Shown in pieces: positions 31,542 through 41,385 of a DNA stretch of 64,000 bases. Every line of letters begins with the position of its first letter. The stretch's first letter is position 1. Source of the stretch: Obrimoposthia wandeli (lineage: Eukaryota); contig CDROCS010000506.1 of the NCBI GenBank assembly GCA_977020255.1, positions 3,100,001-3,164,000 on the forward strand, in the 5' to 3' direction. The translations under genes and the position numbers were made by a program. Below the pieces are notes generated by a model. The model had not been told where the DNA came from. It searched no databases and worked only from the letters and a program-made list of their open reading frames with translations.

Positions 31542-31597
31542 TACGTAGAAAAGAATACGTAGAAAATAATACATCGTGAAATTTACATAGAAAATAA
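31542..31597. repeat. Degenerate 4 x 14-bp tandem array TAC(G/A)TAGAAAA(G/T)AA upstream of the pilin
   Basis: Units start at 31542, 31556, 31570 (degenerate) and 31584; a related unit at about 31529. Confidence 0.7.
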
Positions 31598-31743
31598 CGA
31601 GATAGAAGCTTTTTAAGCTGGTCATTCATTATTTTGCAATTAAGCTTATAGTACTAAGTATTTTATAAGGCATAATATTACAAATCTCTCATCGAGAGTG
31701 AAAACAGCTAACAGATAGTTCGAAAATTTAACCGAGAGAGAAA

Positions 31744-32286
31744 ATGGATTTTACTGCGTTTAAAAGAAATACAGGGTTTAAAATAAATAGTGGCTTTACG
31801 CTCATTGAATTGGTCATTACGATTGTTGTTTTAGGTGTGCTGTCTGCAACGGCCGTCCCGCGTTTTATCGATTTAAAAGATGATGCAAAAAAAGAAACGG
31901 TTGAAAACTTTCACGGTAGCCTGAAATCAACTGTGCGATTACTGCATATGAAGGCTCAAATTGACAATATATTAGGTGATAATGTCACCATCGCAACAGA
32001 CTATGGGGATTATCAGTTTTATCGTGGTTATCCAGAAACCAGGAGTGAAGTGATAAAGCCATATGCCTACTTTATTGAAACGTTTATGGAATTAGGTACA
32101 CCAGTCGATGTGATTCAAAATAATAGCACTCGAACAGCGGCCTATGCTGAAATCACGGTTTATGAAGATAATGACTTTTCGCGTCTCGGTTATGGCTCTG
32201 GGAATTTACTCAGCGATTTGTGTTATGCACAGTATCACCATACTAGCGCGACTCAAGAATTTACCTTAGAGACCACGGGTTGTTAA
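31744..32286 (+). CDS. MSHA-like type IV pilin
   Basis: Class III signal G/FTLIELVITIVVLGVLSATAVPRFIDL; C-terminal Cys pair. Confidence 0.88.
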   Translation: MDFTAFKRNTGFKINSGFTLIELVITIVVLGVLSATAVPRFIDLKDDAKKETVENFHGSLKSTVRLLHMKAQIDNILGDNVTIATDYGDYQFYRGYPETRSEVIKPYAYFIETFMELGTPVDVIQNNSTRTAAYAEITVYEDNDFSRLGYGSGNLLSDLCYAQYHHTSATQEFTLETTGC

Positions 32287-32307
32287 CGTGAAAGGGTTGG
32301 ATAAATA

Positions 32308-32874
32308 ATGAAAAACAGATGCACTTGGTGCGGGGATGATCCCTTGTACGTTCGTTATCATGATGAAGAGTGGGGCGTAGCAGTTCATGATGAACAACGC
32401 TTATTTGAATTCTTGATTTTGGAAGGCGCGCAAGCGGGATTAAGTTGGATAACAATACTGAGGAAACGCGAGAATTACCGACTGGCTCTGGATCAGTTTG
32501 ATTATAAGCTGATAGCTAAGTATAACGAAGACGACGTTAACCGCTTACTCGGCAATGAAGGGATTGTGCGTAATAAGTTAAAAATTCGCTCTGTGATAAA
32601 AAATGCCCAAGGTTTTTTAAATATCCAAGCCGAATTTGGTTCGTTCGATGCGTATATTTGGCGCTTTGTTAATGGCGTGACGCTGCAAAATGATTTACCT
32701 TCACTGGCAGCAACACCGGCTAAAACTGAGATTTCAGAAGCCATGAGTAAAGATTTAAAAAAGCGTGGTTTTAACTTTGTCGGACCGACGATTTGTTATG
32801 CGTTTATGCAAGCAACCGGCATGGTTAACGATCACACCACCGATTGCTTCCGTCATCAACAAGTGCAGCTTTAA
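32308..32874 (+). CDS. tag: DNA-3-methyladenine glycosylase I
   Basis: RCTW, YHDEEWG, LEGAQAGLSW, RNKLKI, GFNFVGPTICYAFMQATGMVNDH. Confidence 0.97.
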   Translation: MKNRCTWCGDDPLYVRYHDEEWGVAVHDEQRLFEFLILEGAQAGLSWITILRKRENYRLALDQFDYKLIAKYNEDDVNRLLGNEGIVRNKLKIRSVIKNAQGFLNIQAEFGSFDAYIWRFVNGVTLQNDLPSLAATPAKTEISEAMSKDLKKRGFNFVGPTICYAFMQATGMVNDHTTDCFRHQQVQL

Positions 32875-32879
32875 TTTAT

Positions 32880-34133
32880 TTACTTACTTACCCACTCAGC
32901 TGATTTAGTTTTGGCCAACAAGTTCGGTGGGCTAATTAATGCCGACTTCCCCGCAAGCGTCGCTAAACCTACCCAGATAAGACTCATTCCTGCAGCCAGC
33001 ATTAATGGCATATCCCAGCTGCTTGTTGCTTCATGCATTGACCCAAAAATAATGGGGCTGGTCGCGGCAAATAAATAACCGATACATTGTGCCATGCCAG
33101 ATAATGACGCGGCTTGATGTGAGTTATGTGTGCGCAGGCCGACAAAAGATAATCCGAGAATAAAACCACCACCACAGCTAAAACCGAGTAATGTCACCCA
33201 AATGACAGCGTGTTGATGCATCATCAGTAAACCTGTAATGCCAATGAAAGCCAATATAGTCATCGCTAACCCTAGGGTGCGTTTGTCTTTTACTTTTGCC
33301 ATTAACGGGATAAGTACCAGCGCTGGTGCTGCTGATGCCAATTGTAAAACACCGTGAATGTAACCCGCGTCGTGCTCTGAATAACCATAGCTGACTAAGA
33401 TGCTCGGTAACCAGGCAATGAAGGCATACATAATAAATGAGTTGAACGCCAAGAACCCTGACACGTGCCAAGCTGCTTTGTCGCGCCACATATAACTGTG
33501 GCTATCAATATCCGGTGTATCAGCGGCTGGTTTGGTGTGGTTACTTAACTGTGGTAACCAAATTAACATGGTGATAATTGGCAAGATAATAGTACCCGCC
33601 AGTGCAAATGCCCAGTTAGGGATAAAAGTGACATTGAGGCTATCAGCGACGTTCAGCATAGGTATTGTGGTGCTAGCACTGAGTGTTGCACCTACGCCCA
33701 TGGTAAGCACATAAATCGCGGTTAACGTCGGGCCTTGATTAGGGAAGTCGCGCTTTAATAAACTCGGTAGGAGTACGTTACCGATAGCAATACCGATGCC
33801 GATAACACAGGTGCCTAAATACAAGGTGAGGCTTGAGCCTGTCGAACGTAGGACTATACCGCTGGTGATTGCCACGAGTGCCAACATCAAGGATGGTTCA
33901 AGGCCAATTCTGCGGGCTAATGCCGAGGACAGTGGTGAGAAAATAGCAAATGCCAGCAGTGGTAATGTGGTCAGCATACCGGCTTGTGTGGCCGATAAAT
34001 TGAGGTCGTGAGAGATAAAATCTAAGATCGGTCCTATACCGGTAATGGGGCCGCGTAAGTTACTGGCGATGAGTAAAATACTGACTATGAGCAATATAGG
34101 ATGAGCAATATTGGGTTTATTATCTTGTGGCAT
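32880..34133 (-). CDS. CynX/YeaN (NimT)-like MFS transporter
   Basis: ASNLRGPITGIGP, GNVLLPSLLKRDFP, LSGMAQCIGY. Confidence 0.9.
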   Translation of the reverse strand: MPQDNKPNIAHPILLIVSILLIASNLRGPITGIGPILDFISHDLNLSATQAGMLTTLPLLAFAIFSPLSSALARRIGLEPSLMLALVAITSGIVLRSTGSSLTLYLGTCVIGIGIAIGNVLLPSLLKRDFPNQGPTLTAIYVLTMGVGATLSASTTIPMLNVADSLNVTFIPNWAFALAGTIILPIITMLIWLPQLSNHTKPAADTPDIDSHSYMWRDKAAWHVSGFLAFNSFIMYAFIAWLPSILVSYGYSEHDAGYIHGVLQLASAAPALVLIPLMAKVKDKRTLGLAMTILAFIGITGLLMMHQHAVIWVTLLGFSCGGGFILGLSFVGLRTHNSHQAASLSGMAQCIGYLFAATSPIIFGSMHEATSSWDMPLMLAAGMSLIWVGLATLAGKSALISPPNLLAKTKSAEWVSK

Positions 34134-34273
34134 GAGTCTGTCCTCTGAAGCGATGGCTTATATTACCCATTCCCAATCAATCTGAATTTATGTATATTGA
34201 CAATTTATTGCTAAAAACAGCCATTATGAAACTACCTCACTATTTAATTAAGTCACTATGCAATTAGGCCACT

Positions 34274-35059
34274 ATGCAACTACCTCACTATAAAATAGGT
34301 TTCGATTCGGACAGATATACTGAAAGTGTCAATGCACTGCGGACATCGGGTCTTGAAAGAGCTTATGAAATGCCAGTCCATCAACATGTGAAATGTCAAT
34401 TAGTGATGCCCCTCACCGGTTTTGTTCGCTGTTCGATTGCTGATGCTATCTGGATGGTACCGGCTAACTGTGCCGTTTGGATCCCAAGCCAAGTACCGCA
34501 CAGTAATCATATTTCTATCAGTGATGATGTATGCATGTTATTTGTGGATCCTGAAGTGGTGGGAATACCAGATAAAATTTGTACCTTGTCTATCTCACCG
34601 TTATTACGCGAGTTAATTGTTAGTTTGGCGAGTAAAGATCAACATTACGCAGCGGATGAAAGTACCGTGAGATTGGCGCAAGTATTGATTGATGAACTTA
34701 TTGGTATGCCTAAAGAACATTTCGACTTTCCTATTCCAGCAGAGCCAAGGCTTAATCAGATTGCTAATCAGCTATTAGTTAATCCTGCCGACCGTAAAAC
34801 AGTCGGGGAGTGGGCGGCGTTATACGCCATGAGTGAAAGAACATTTTCGCGCTTAGTGAAACAAGAAGTAGGTATGACTTTTGGGCGTTGGCGTGGGCAA
34901 CTTCACCTAATTATGGCGTTACAAAAGTTGTCGTCAAATGAGTCGGTACAACGTATATCAGAAGATTTAGGTTATGAATCTGTTAGTGCGTTTATTACTT
35001 TTTTCAAAAAGACCTTAGGCAAGCCACCTAAACAATATATGCGGCTTGCAGTATCATGA
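34274..35059 (+). CDS. AraC-family regulator (NimR/YeaM-like)
   Basis: HQHVKCQL, WMVPANCAVWIPSQVPH, GYESVSAFITFF; divergent from the MFS gene. Confidence 0.9.
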   Translation: MQLPHYKIGFDSDRYTESVNALRTSGLERAYEMPVHQHVKCQLVMPLTGFVRCSIADAIWMVPANCAVWIPSQVPHSNHISISDDVCMLFVDPEVVGIPDKICTLSISPLLRELIVSLASKDQHYAADESTVRLAQVLIDELIGMPKEHFDFPIPAEPRLNQIANQLLVNPADRKTVGEWAALYAMSERTFSRLVKQEVGMTFGRWRGQLHLIMALQKLSSNESVQRISEDLGYESVSAFITFFKKTLGKPPKQYMRLAVS

Positions 35060-35085
35060 TGCTATCGCGGTGGCTAAAAAAATCA

Positions 35086-35940
35086 TTAAAACAGGCGATT
35101 AATCCAACCATATTGTATTTTTTGCTGACAGCATAACCAGATAAATTGATTGCAGGTATAAGGACAACCGTGACTTGTCAGTATGCTGAGCTGATTTTCA
35201 TCCAATAAATATTCTGGAATATAAGCCAGCCAGTGTTGGTTTTTTAATAAGCTGGTTAATGCCGAAATGGTATCCACGCGCGCCACAATTCGCCGTGCAA
35301 AGGCTTCATCATGCCAGCCATCATTACTTAATAAACTGCCAGTATCGCCATAAATATTACTCGATGGCACAATAAATCCATACCCAAGGATCTCGGTAAT
35401 GGGGATCGTAGACGCTCGCTTAGCCAAGGGGTGGCTTGGGCTACAGGCCAATACAAATTTAACCTGAGCTAATAACTTGGTTTTAATACCCTGAATTTGA
35501 GGTGGTTCACCATTGGTCGCTACCAACGCGAGATCGACCTGATAGCGCTGTAAGCTATTAACCCCTGGATCCTTAAACGTTGCCAAGGTGAGTTCAGGAT
35601 CATATTGTTGCAGCGGGGCAACTAAAGCGGGAAGATAATGATTTAACAACCCATCGGCACCGCTAATACGCATATGGGTGCGCTGTGGTTGACCTAGTTC
35701 CAACTCGATATCATGGTTGATATTTAATAATTCATTACTGCGGGCTAACAACGTTTTACCCGCTGGAGACAACTGCCAACCTTTACCTATTCGCACAAAC
35801 AATGCTTGCTGATAATAATTTTCTACCCGACGGACGACTTTTGATAACGTGCCCGGTTGCATATTTAAATGTAATGCTGCTTCTCGCAGACTTAAGTAAC
35901 CAGCAACTTGCACAAATAGTTTTAAATCTTCTATTTTCAT
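35086..35940 (-). CDS. LysR-family regulator
   Basis: N-terminal HTH (SLREAALHLNMQPGTLSK); divergent from the flavin oxidoreductase. Confidence 0.88.
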   Translation of the reverse strand: MKIEDLKLFVQVAGYLSLREAALHLNMQPGTLSKVVRRVENYYQQALFVRIGKGWQLSPAGKTLLARSNELLNINHDIELELGQPQRTHMRISGADGLLNHYLPALVAPLQQYDPELTLATFKDPGVNSLQRYQVDLALVATNGEPPQIQGIKTKLLAQVKFVLACSPSHPLAKRASTIPITEILGYGFIVPSSNIYGDTGSLLSNDGWHDEAFARRIVARVDTISALTSLLKNQHWLAYIPEYLLDENQLSILTSHGCPYTCNQFIWLCCQQKIQYGWINRLF

Positions 35941-36032
35941 ATAGATTCCAATATGGAAACAATCATCTATAAATCGTTTACCAATAGTATTTGTGAGCAG
36001 CGTATCATAGCTGCAATAGATTAGGAGATCCT

Positions 36033-37034
36033 ATGCCACGTTTTAGCCCACTGATTACTGATTCATTTACATTAAAAAACCGCTTAGTCGTACCGCCGAT
36101 GGCATCGCAAACTGCCGAGCGAGATGGTTTAGCGACGTTGGATACTCTGACGCATTATGCCAATTTGGCTAAATCAGGTGCGAGTTTAGTCATGGTTGAA
36201 TACAGCTTTGTCTCCCTTGCTGGACGCAGTGAAGCAAATCAATTAGGTGTACATCATGACCGCTGTATTGCGGGACTGGCAGAAATAGTCAACATTATTC
36301 ATCAAGCTGGTGCCAAAGCGGCATTGCAATTGACTCACTGCGGCGGTAAAGACAGTAGTGGCACTAGTGTTGATTTAATGGGGCCTGCCGGTATTACAGT
36401 GCCAGCTTATGACCGAGAGTTACCCTTACCACGGGCAATGACGATGGACGATATTGCGGATTGGCAACAAGATTTTGTGCATGCCGCGCTTAGGGCTGAA
36501 CAGGCTGGGTTTGATTTTGTAGAATTACATTGTGCGCACGGTTATGGGTTAAACCAATTCTTATCCTCGATCACCAATCAAAGAACCGATCAACATGGCG
36601 GCACGTTAATCAATCAAGCGCGCTTGATTACAGACATTATAACTGGCATCAGTCAGCAGGCGCCGAAATTAAAATTGATGGTGCGGATCCCTGGGCAAGA
36701 TCTCTATCCCGGTGGTCTGAGTCAAACTGATATGGTAGACGCTGCACAACTTATGGTTACTGCCGGTGTGGATATATTAAACATTTCATCTGGTATTGGC
36801 GGTTGGACACGACCTAAAAATAGGCGTGGGCAAGGGTATTTAATTAATGAATCTCAGTATATGAAACAGGCTAATTTAGGCGTGCCTATTATCGGCGTTG
36901 GCGGTATTGAAGAGGGCGATTATATTGATACAGCGATTGAAAATGACTGGTTAGATCTCGCCGCAGTGGGCAGATCAATACTTAAAGATCCTGCGGATTT
37001 TTATGCCCGCCAAATGATCAAAATAAACGGATAA
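36033..37034 (+). CDS. NADH:flavin oxidoreductase (Old Yellow Enzyme family)
   Basis: LKNRLVVPPM, QLTHCG, ELHCAHGYGLNQFLS, NQRTDQHGG, AVGRSIL. Confidence 0.92.
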   Translation: MPRFSPLITDSFTLKNRLVVPPMASQTAERDGLATLDTLTHYANLAKSGASLVMVEYSFVSLAGRSEANQLGVHHDRCIAGLAEIVNIIHQAGAKAALQLTHCGGKDSSGTSVDLMGPAGITVPAYDRELPLPRAMTMDDIADWQQDFVHAALRAEQAGFDFVELHCAHGYGLNQFLSSITNQRTDQHGGTLINQARLITDIITGISQQAPKLKLMVRIPGQDLYPGGLSQTDMVDAAQLMVTAGVDILNISSGIGGWTRPKNRRGQGYLINESQYMKQANLGVPIIGVGGIEEGDYIDTAIENDWLDLAAVGRSILKDPADFYARQMIKING

Positions 37035-37118
37035 ACAGATAGTAACCCGTTTGAATTGTCGACTCGATAAACAAACGGGTAATATGATATGAACAGTAGT
37101 CGTTTATATTTTCGTTAT

Positions 37119-37682
37119 TTACTTTTTAAATACCAGATTGATGTTAACTGGCACTGCGTCTGAAAGCGCAAGACCACCGACGGTTGCAGCTAGCTTGGTC
37201 AAGTTAGCCGCTGGAATAGAAAAATCACTGGCTTTAACGATCACGGGTGTATACGAACTGACGATAATAGCATTGTCTGTTTTAGTGATGATAACCGGAA
37301 AGTTAAATGTCTTTTTATTGCCATAGAAAGACACTTCTGCAGGCACGCTCATTTTTGAAATTGGCTGGGTTAACGACGCTAAATCAAATTGTCCGCTAAT
37401 CATGATGACTGGGTTTTCAGACGCATCAAAAAACAATGAGTTAAGGCGCTCATTACGGATGGAAATACCTGTGTCTACGTTTTCTACTGGTACGATAACC
37501 GCAAATCTACCCTGCTCATCTAGACTGCCAGTTAACCCCGTGATCGTTGCTGGTTCGACGACATATTGTTTTTTTATGGTGGCAAAACTGAGTGATGACA
37601 AGTCTGTTTCTACATTAAACTTGTCTGTAGCAAATGATTGAAATGACAATAATGCCAGTGATAAAAGCAGTGTTTTTTTCAT
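37119..37682 (-). CDS. YceI-family secreted lipid/polyisoprenoid-binding protein
   Basis: Signal peptide, SSLSFATIKK, VDTGISIRNERL. Confidence 0.85.
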   Translation of the reverse strand: MKKTLLLSLALLSFQSFATDKFNVETDLSSLSFATIKKQYVVEPATITGLTGSLDEQGRFAVIVPVENVDTGISIRNERLNSLFFDASENPVIMISGQFDLASLTQPISKMSVPAEVSFYGNKKTFNFPVIITKTDNAIIVSSYTPVIVKASDFSIPAANLTKLAATVGGLALSDAVPVNINLVFKK

Positions 37683-37767
37683 GTTTATTTTCCTTAATTA
37701 ACGTTATTTAAAACTTAAAGTCGTATTCATCATAGCGTGATAAATAGTTTGATTCATCACGCTTTTA

Positions 37768-38412
37768 TCACGTTGTTATTAACGCGTCATGGTCACTTGC
37801 TATTAGCGTTGCTGGCAACTTGGCTTTATTGATTAAATGAGCATGGCTACTGAGTAGTTTTTTTAATTTTGGGGTGATGATATTTTCACAAAATGGCCGT
37901 TGTGGATCGCTGTAGTAATAATTTTGCATAGACTCATCTGACAACTTGAACTGGTTAAGTGTATACGCACGGGTAATCAGCGGTTGTTCAAACTCATCTT
38001 GCAATAAAGCTAAGTTGTGTTTTATTTCGGTGATTTGATAAGGCTCCATCGCATAGACGGCGCTGCGGTATTTGTCCCGCATAGAATGGATTATTGTGCT
38101 GCTGTGGGTATGCAAATGAATAGCGATGAGATTTTTTAAACTGATCACGTCGGGCATGTAAGAAACAATAATACCTTCTGAAAACCAATCATCGTCAGCA
38201 AATGAAGATATCCAGCCTTGCTCTACTTTCGTCACGCCACGTAACGAGAAAAAGATTGCTTCTGTGCACCAATAACAGGTGCCACTGAGGCCGATTTTTT
38301 TGCCTATGGTGTTTGTATCACTATCTATAGAACTGCTTGTTGTAGAGTCTATTACATTATCTATTGCACTGTCTATCGCACTATTCATTGCATTATTTAT
38401 TGTACTAGCCAT
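37768..38412 (-). CDS. msrA: Atypical peptide-methionine (S)-S-oxide reductase
   Basis: GTCYWCTE (variant of GCFW), VEQGW, YRSAVY, C-terminal PFC; low-complexity repeat N-terminus. Confidence 0.75.
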   Translation of the reverse strand: MASTINNAMNSAIDSAIDNVIDSTTSSSIDSDTNTIGKKIGLSGTCYWCTEAIFFSLRGVTKVEQGWISSFADDDWFSEGIIVSYMPDVISLKNLIAIHLHTHSSTIIHSMRDKYRSAVYAMEPYQITEIKHNLALLQDEFEQPLITRAYTLNQFKLSDESMQNYYYSDPQRPFCENIITPKLKKLLSSHAHLINKAKLPATLIASDHDALITT

Positions 38413-38537
38413 TATACTTCCTTGTATGCGCCTATCTTTTATTGTTGTAACCCGCCAGCCTTGCCTATGAATGCAAGAACGACGTTAAGCTCGTTAATTA
38501 TGGACTATAAAAAAGCTTCATAGCCAGACCTATGTGA

Positions 38538-39361
38538 TTATTTTTTATAAATTTGCTTGGTTTTGACGACACCAAGAGGAAATAATTTTCGCACGCCTTG
38601 GCGCACCGCATTATCAGCTTGTAAAGCCATATCTCTAACGCCCTGATCGGGTCGGCCACGAAATGAGGTGACATGGAATTTATCTGTGGGTTTAAGCGCA
38701 TTATCTGAAAGTAATAATTTTTGATACACAGGTTCTATTTTTATCGGCGGTGATAGGGCTAATAGAGTGCCATGAGCCGTCATGTGTCGCCATGACGATC
38801 AGTCGATTGAATACACTCTCTATGGTCAGTTATTTGTTCTCTATACCGTCGGGCCAGAGTTCTAAATTACCGCCGTTAGCCTGCTGCCAATCTGGCGTGA
38901 CATAATATAATAGATTGAGAACGCGCCATTGTTTACGGTCTTTTTCGTGTGAATTGTCTAAATGAGGATTCAAGAACTGACCTTGGTGCATTAATGAAAT
39001 CCCCCCCTGCATACAGATTTTCATCGGCGTAGAGACTCTCAATACCACAAATGTTTTTAACGAGTCTAAGAATACGCGGGTCTTGAAATGCAAAAATAAC
39101 TTCTTCTAACAAGGGGTCATGGTTATTCATTTGCGCCGTGACGTATTTATATTCTCTGAGGTTATATTTACCACCCACTAACATCATGTCGTTATAGTGA
39201 GGAAATACAGTGTATATTCTTGTGGCTAAATCAACGGGCAAAAAGTTATCAATATAGAAGTGACCAATACGACTGACAGAGTCATCATACATTGCTTTGA
39301 TCGTATCAGCTTGTTCAGTTAGCTTATCAATAATTAAGTCTGCAATATCGAGTCTGTTCAT
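38538..39361 (-). pseudogene. 2OG-Fe(II) oxygenase disrupted by three lesions
   Basis: Reconstructed ...LYAGG/ISLMHQGQFLNPHLDNSH...LELWPDGIENK*LTIESVFNRLIVMATHDGSWHS...CVS/..SDNALK. Lesions: G7 run at 39001-39007, in-frame TAA at 38830-38832, frameshift at about 38710-38725. Confidence 0.88.
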
Positions 39362-39545
39362 CGTACACCTACCATTTAACCACGTTTGATACACATTTTA
39401 GCACATCATAAAAAACCCATAAGCGACATTACCGTTCGCTAAATTACACCGTCACTATTTAATGAATATTTAATTAATAAGTTCAGAGAGTTAAGTTTTA
39501 AAATCACGACAAAGAAAAATTACGTTATGATGGTGACTGATTACT

Positions 39546-40505
39546 TTGTATGGCGAGTGCCCTTTGAATAACTACAAATTATTACCGGCGTTAATTTCAA
39601 TATTACAAACGCGTAATTTGACCGCGTCGGCACGACAACTCAATGTTACCCAATCGGCGATAAGTAAAACCCTCACGCAGATCCGCGCGGCATTTCATGA
39701 CAAGATCGTGATTCGAGAAGGTAATCAATTTGTACTAACGCGTAAGGGTGAAGAATTAAAAGCGCAGTTACCGCTATTGATGCAGACCTTGGATAATTTG
39801 TATTTACCGAGTGTGATGGATCCGAGTCAATGTCAACGCCAATTTACTCTTGCCTCGAGTGATTATGTAGCGCAAGCGATCTTGCCGTCGATATGTTGTG
39901 AACTCGCTGTCAATGCGGGTAATGCTAGCGTGGAATATCAGCTTTGGCATAAAGACAAGTTGACTGAGTTAGCTGACATGCCGTTGGATCTCGTCAGTAC
40001 CATTACCGATAATGTACCTGAAAACTTGCATGGTAAAACGATTGGTGAAGATCAGCTGGTGGTCGTGTGTCGTCTTCAACATCCCTTGTGTCAGACTAAT
40101 GATCTATCGGTGAGCGAGTATATCAATGCCAAGCATGTTTTGATCAGTGGCGGTGGCGATAAAGACAGTCCGGTCGATCTGGCATTATTAGCGCAGGGTG
40201 AGCAGCGTCAAGTGTTTGCCTCTGTCCCATTTTTTCAAGCGGCGATTGAGCTGTTATTAAAAACCGACACCTTGCTGACGACGCCATTACATATCGCAGC
40301 AGACTTTGCGCAAACATACGATCTTCGGATCATGACACTGCCGATCGATCTGAAACCACAGCAGTATTATTTGTTGTGGCATGCTAAACACCATCAAGAT
40401 CCAGAGCATACTTGGTTTAGAGAACTGTGTTATCCCTTCTTAAAAAATCATCTTGAACGCACAAAGGCACAGGGTATGAAATTGATTCATGCTAGTGAGT
40501 ATTAA
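39546..40505 (+). CDS. LysR-family regulator (NodD/LeuO-like)
   Basis: NLTASARQLNVTQSAISKTL, FTLASSDY, HQDPEHTWFR; true start probably TTG 39564. Confidence 0.9.
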   Translation: MYGECPLNNYKLLPALISILQTRNLTASARQLNVTQSAISKTLTQIRAAFHDKIVIREGNQFVLTRKGEELKAQLPLLMQTLDNLYLPSVMDPSQCQRQFTLASSDYVAQAILPSICCELAVNAGNASVEYQLWHKDKLTELADMPLDLVSTITDNVPENLHGKTIGEDQLVVVCRLQHPLCQTNDLSVSEYINAKHVLISGGGDKDSPVDLALLAQGEQRQVFASVPFFQAAIELLLKTDTLLTTPLHIAADFAQTYDLRIMTLPIDLKPQQYYLLWHAKHHQDPEHTWFRELCYPFLKNHLERTKAQGMKLIHASEY

Positions 40506-40609
40506 ATGCAATTTTTGTTCATGATTTAACTTCGTTAAGATGTGGGCAACTGAAAGCAATTAATAAGGCTTTCTAACAACGACTATAACAAGAGTAATAA
40601 GGAGTGAGT

Positions 40610-41218
40610 ATGGAATTAACTGCATGGATGTCTTTAGCGCTGATTTGCATGATGGGCGCGATGACACCGGGTCCAAGTCTCGCTGTGGTATTAAAGCACA
40701 CTATCTCTGGAGGTCGTGTTAATGGTGTCGCGGCTAGTATTGCGCATGGTGTTGGTGTGGGAGTGTATGCGACGTTAACTGTGGTTGGTTTAGCCATTGT
40801 GATCCAACAAACGCCGTGGTTATTTAATGTCATTAAATATGCCGGTGTGGCGATGTTATTACGCTTGGCTTATAAAGCATTAACGTCAAAACCCGCGTTA
40901 GAAAATGCGGAGCAAGCAAAGGAAATCGTGACCTTAAAAGACAGCATAATACAAGGTTTTATGATTGCGTTTTTGAACCCGAAATTAGCTATTTTCTTTT
41001 TGGCGTTATTTGGCCAATTTGTCGAAGCAGACGCGGGTTGGTTGCAAAACCTGATTATGGTCGGCACGGTGTTTACGTTTGATACCTTGTGGTACTGCAT
41101 GATTGCCATTGTATTGTCGCAGTCGTCATTGTTGGATAAATTAAGAAATAACGTGCACAAGATTGATAAGGTGACTGGCGTCGTATTATTGGCTGTTGCA
41201 GCGCGAGTGGCGATGTAG
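40610..41218 (+). CDS. LysE/RhtB-family exporter
   Basis: MTPGPS, GFMIAFLNPK. Confidence 0.92.
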   Translation: MELTAWMSLALICMMGAMTPGPSLAVVLKHTISGGRVNGVAASIAHGVGVGVYATLTVVGLAIVIQQTPWLFNVIKYAGVAMLLRLAYKALTSKPALENAEQAKEIVTLKDSIIQGFMIAFLNPKLAIFFLALFGQFVEADAGWLQNLIMVGTVFTFDTLWYCMIAIVLSQSSLLDKLRNNVHKIDKVTGVVLLAVAARVAM

Positions 41219-41385
41219 AGGCGTCGTTGTAATGTTGTGGTTTTGTTGTGATGTTGTAATTCATGCCTTTTAATCACCATTGCTTTTTAAGCAAAGGTGA
41301 GGATCGGTTGTAGATCGTAGTGATCTTCGCAAGGTGCGTGGTCATTGTTGCGGTAATAGCAAGACGCTGTGGGCACGCTGGCTCA

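Noticed and set aside
39001-39007. G7 tract as a phase-variation switch
   Set aside because: Two further lesions downstream would keep the gene inactive even after slippage.
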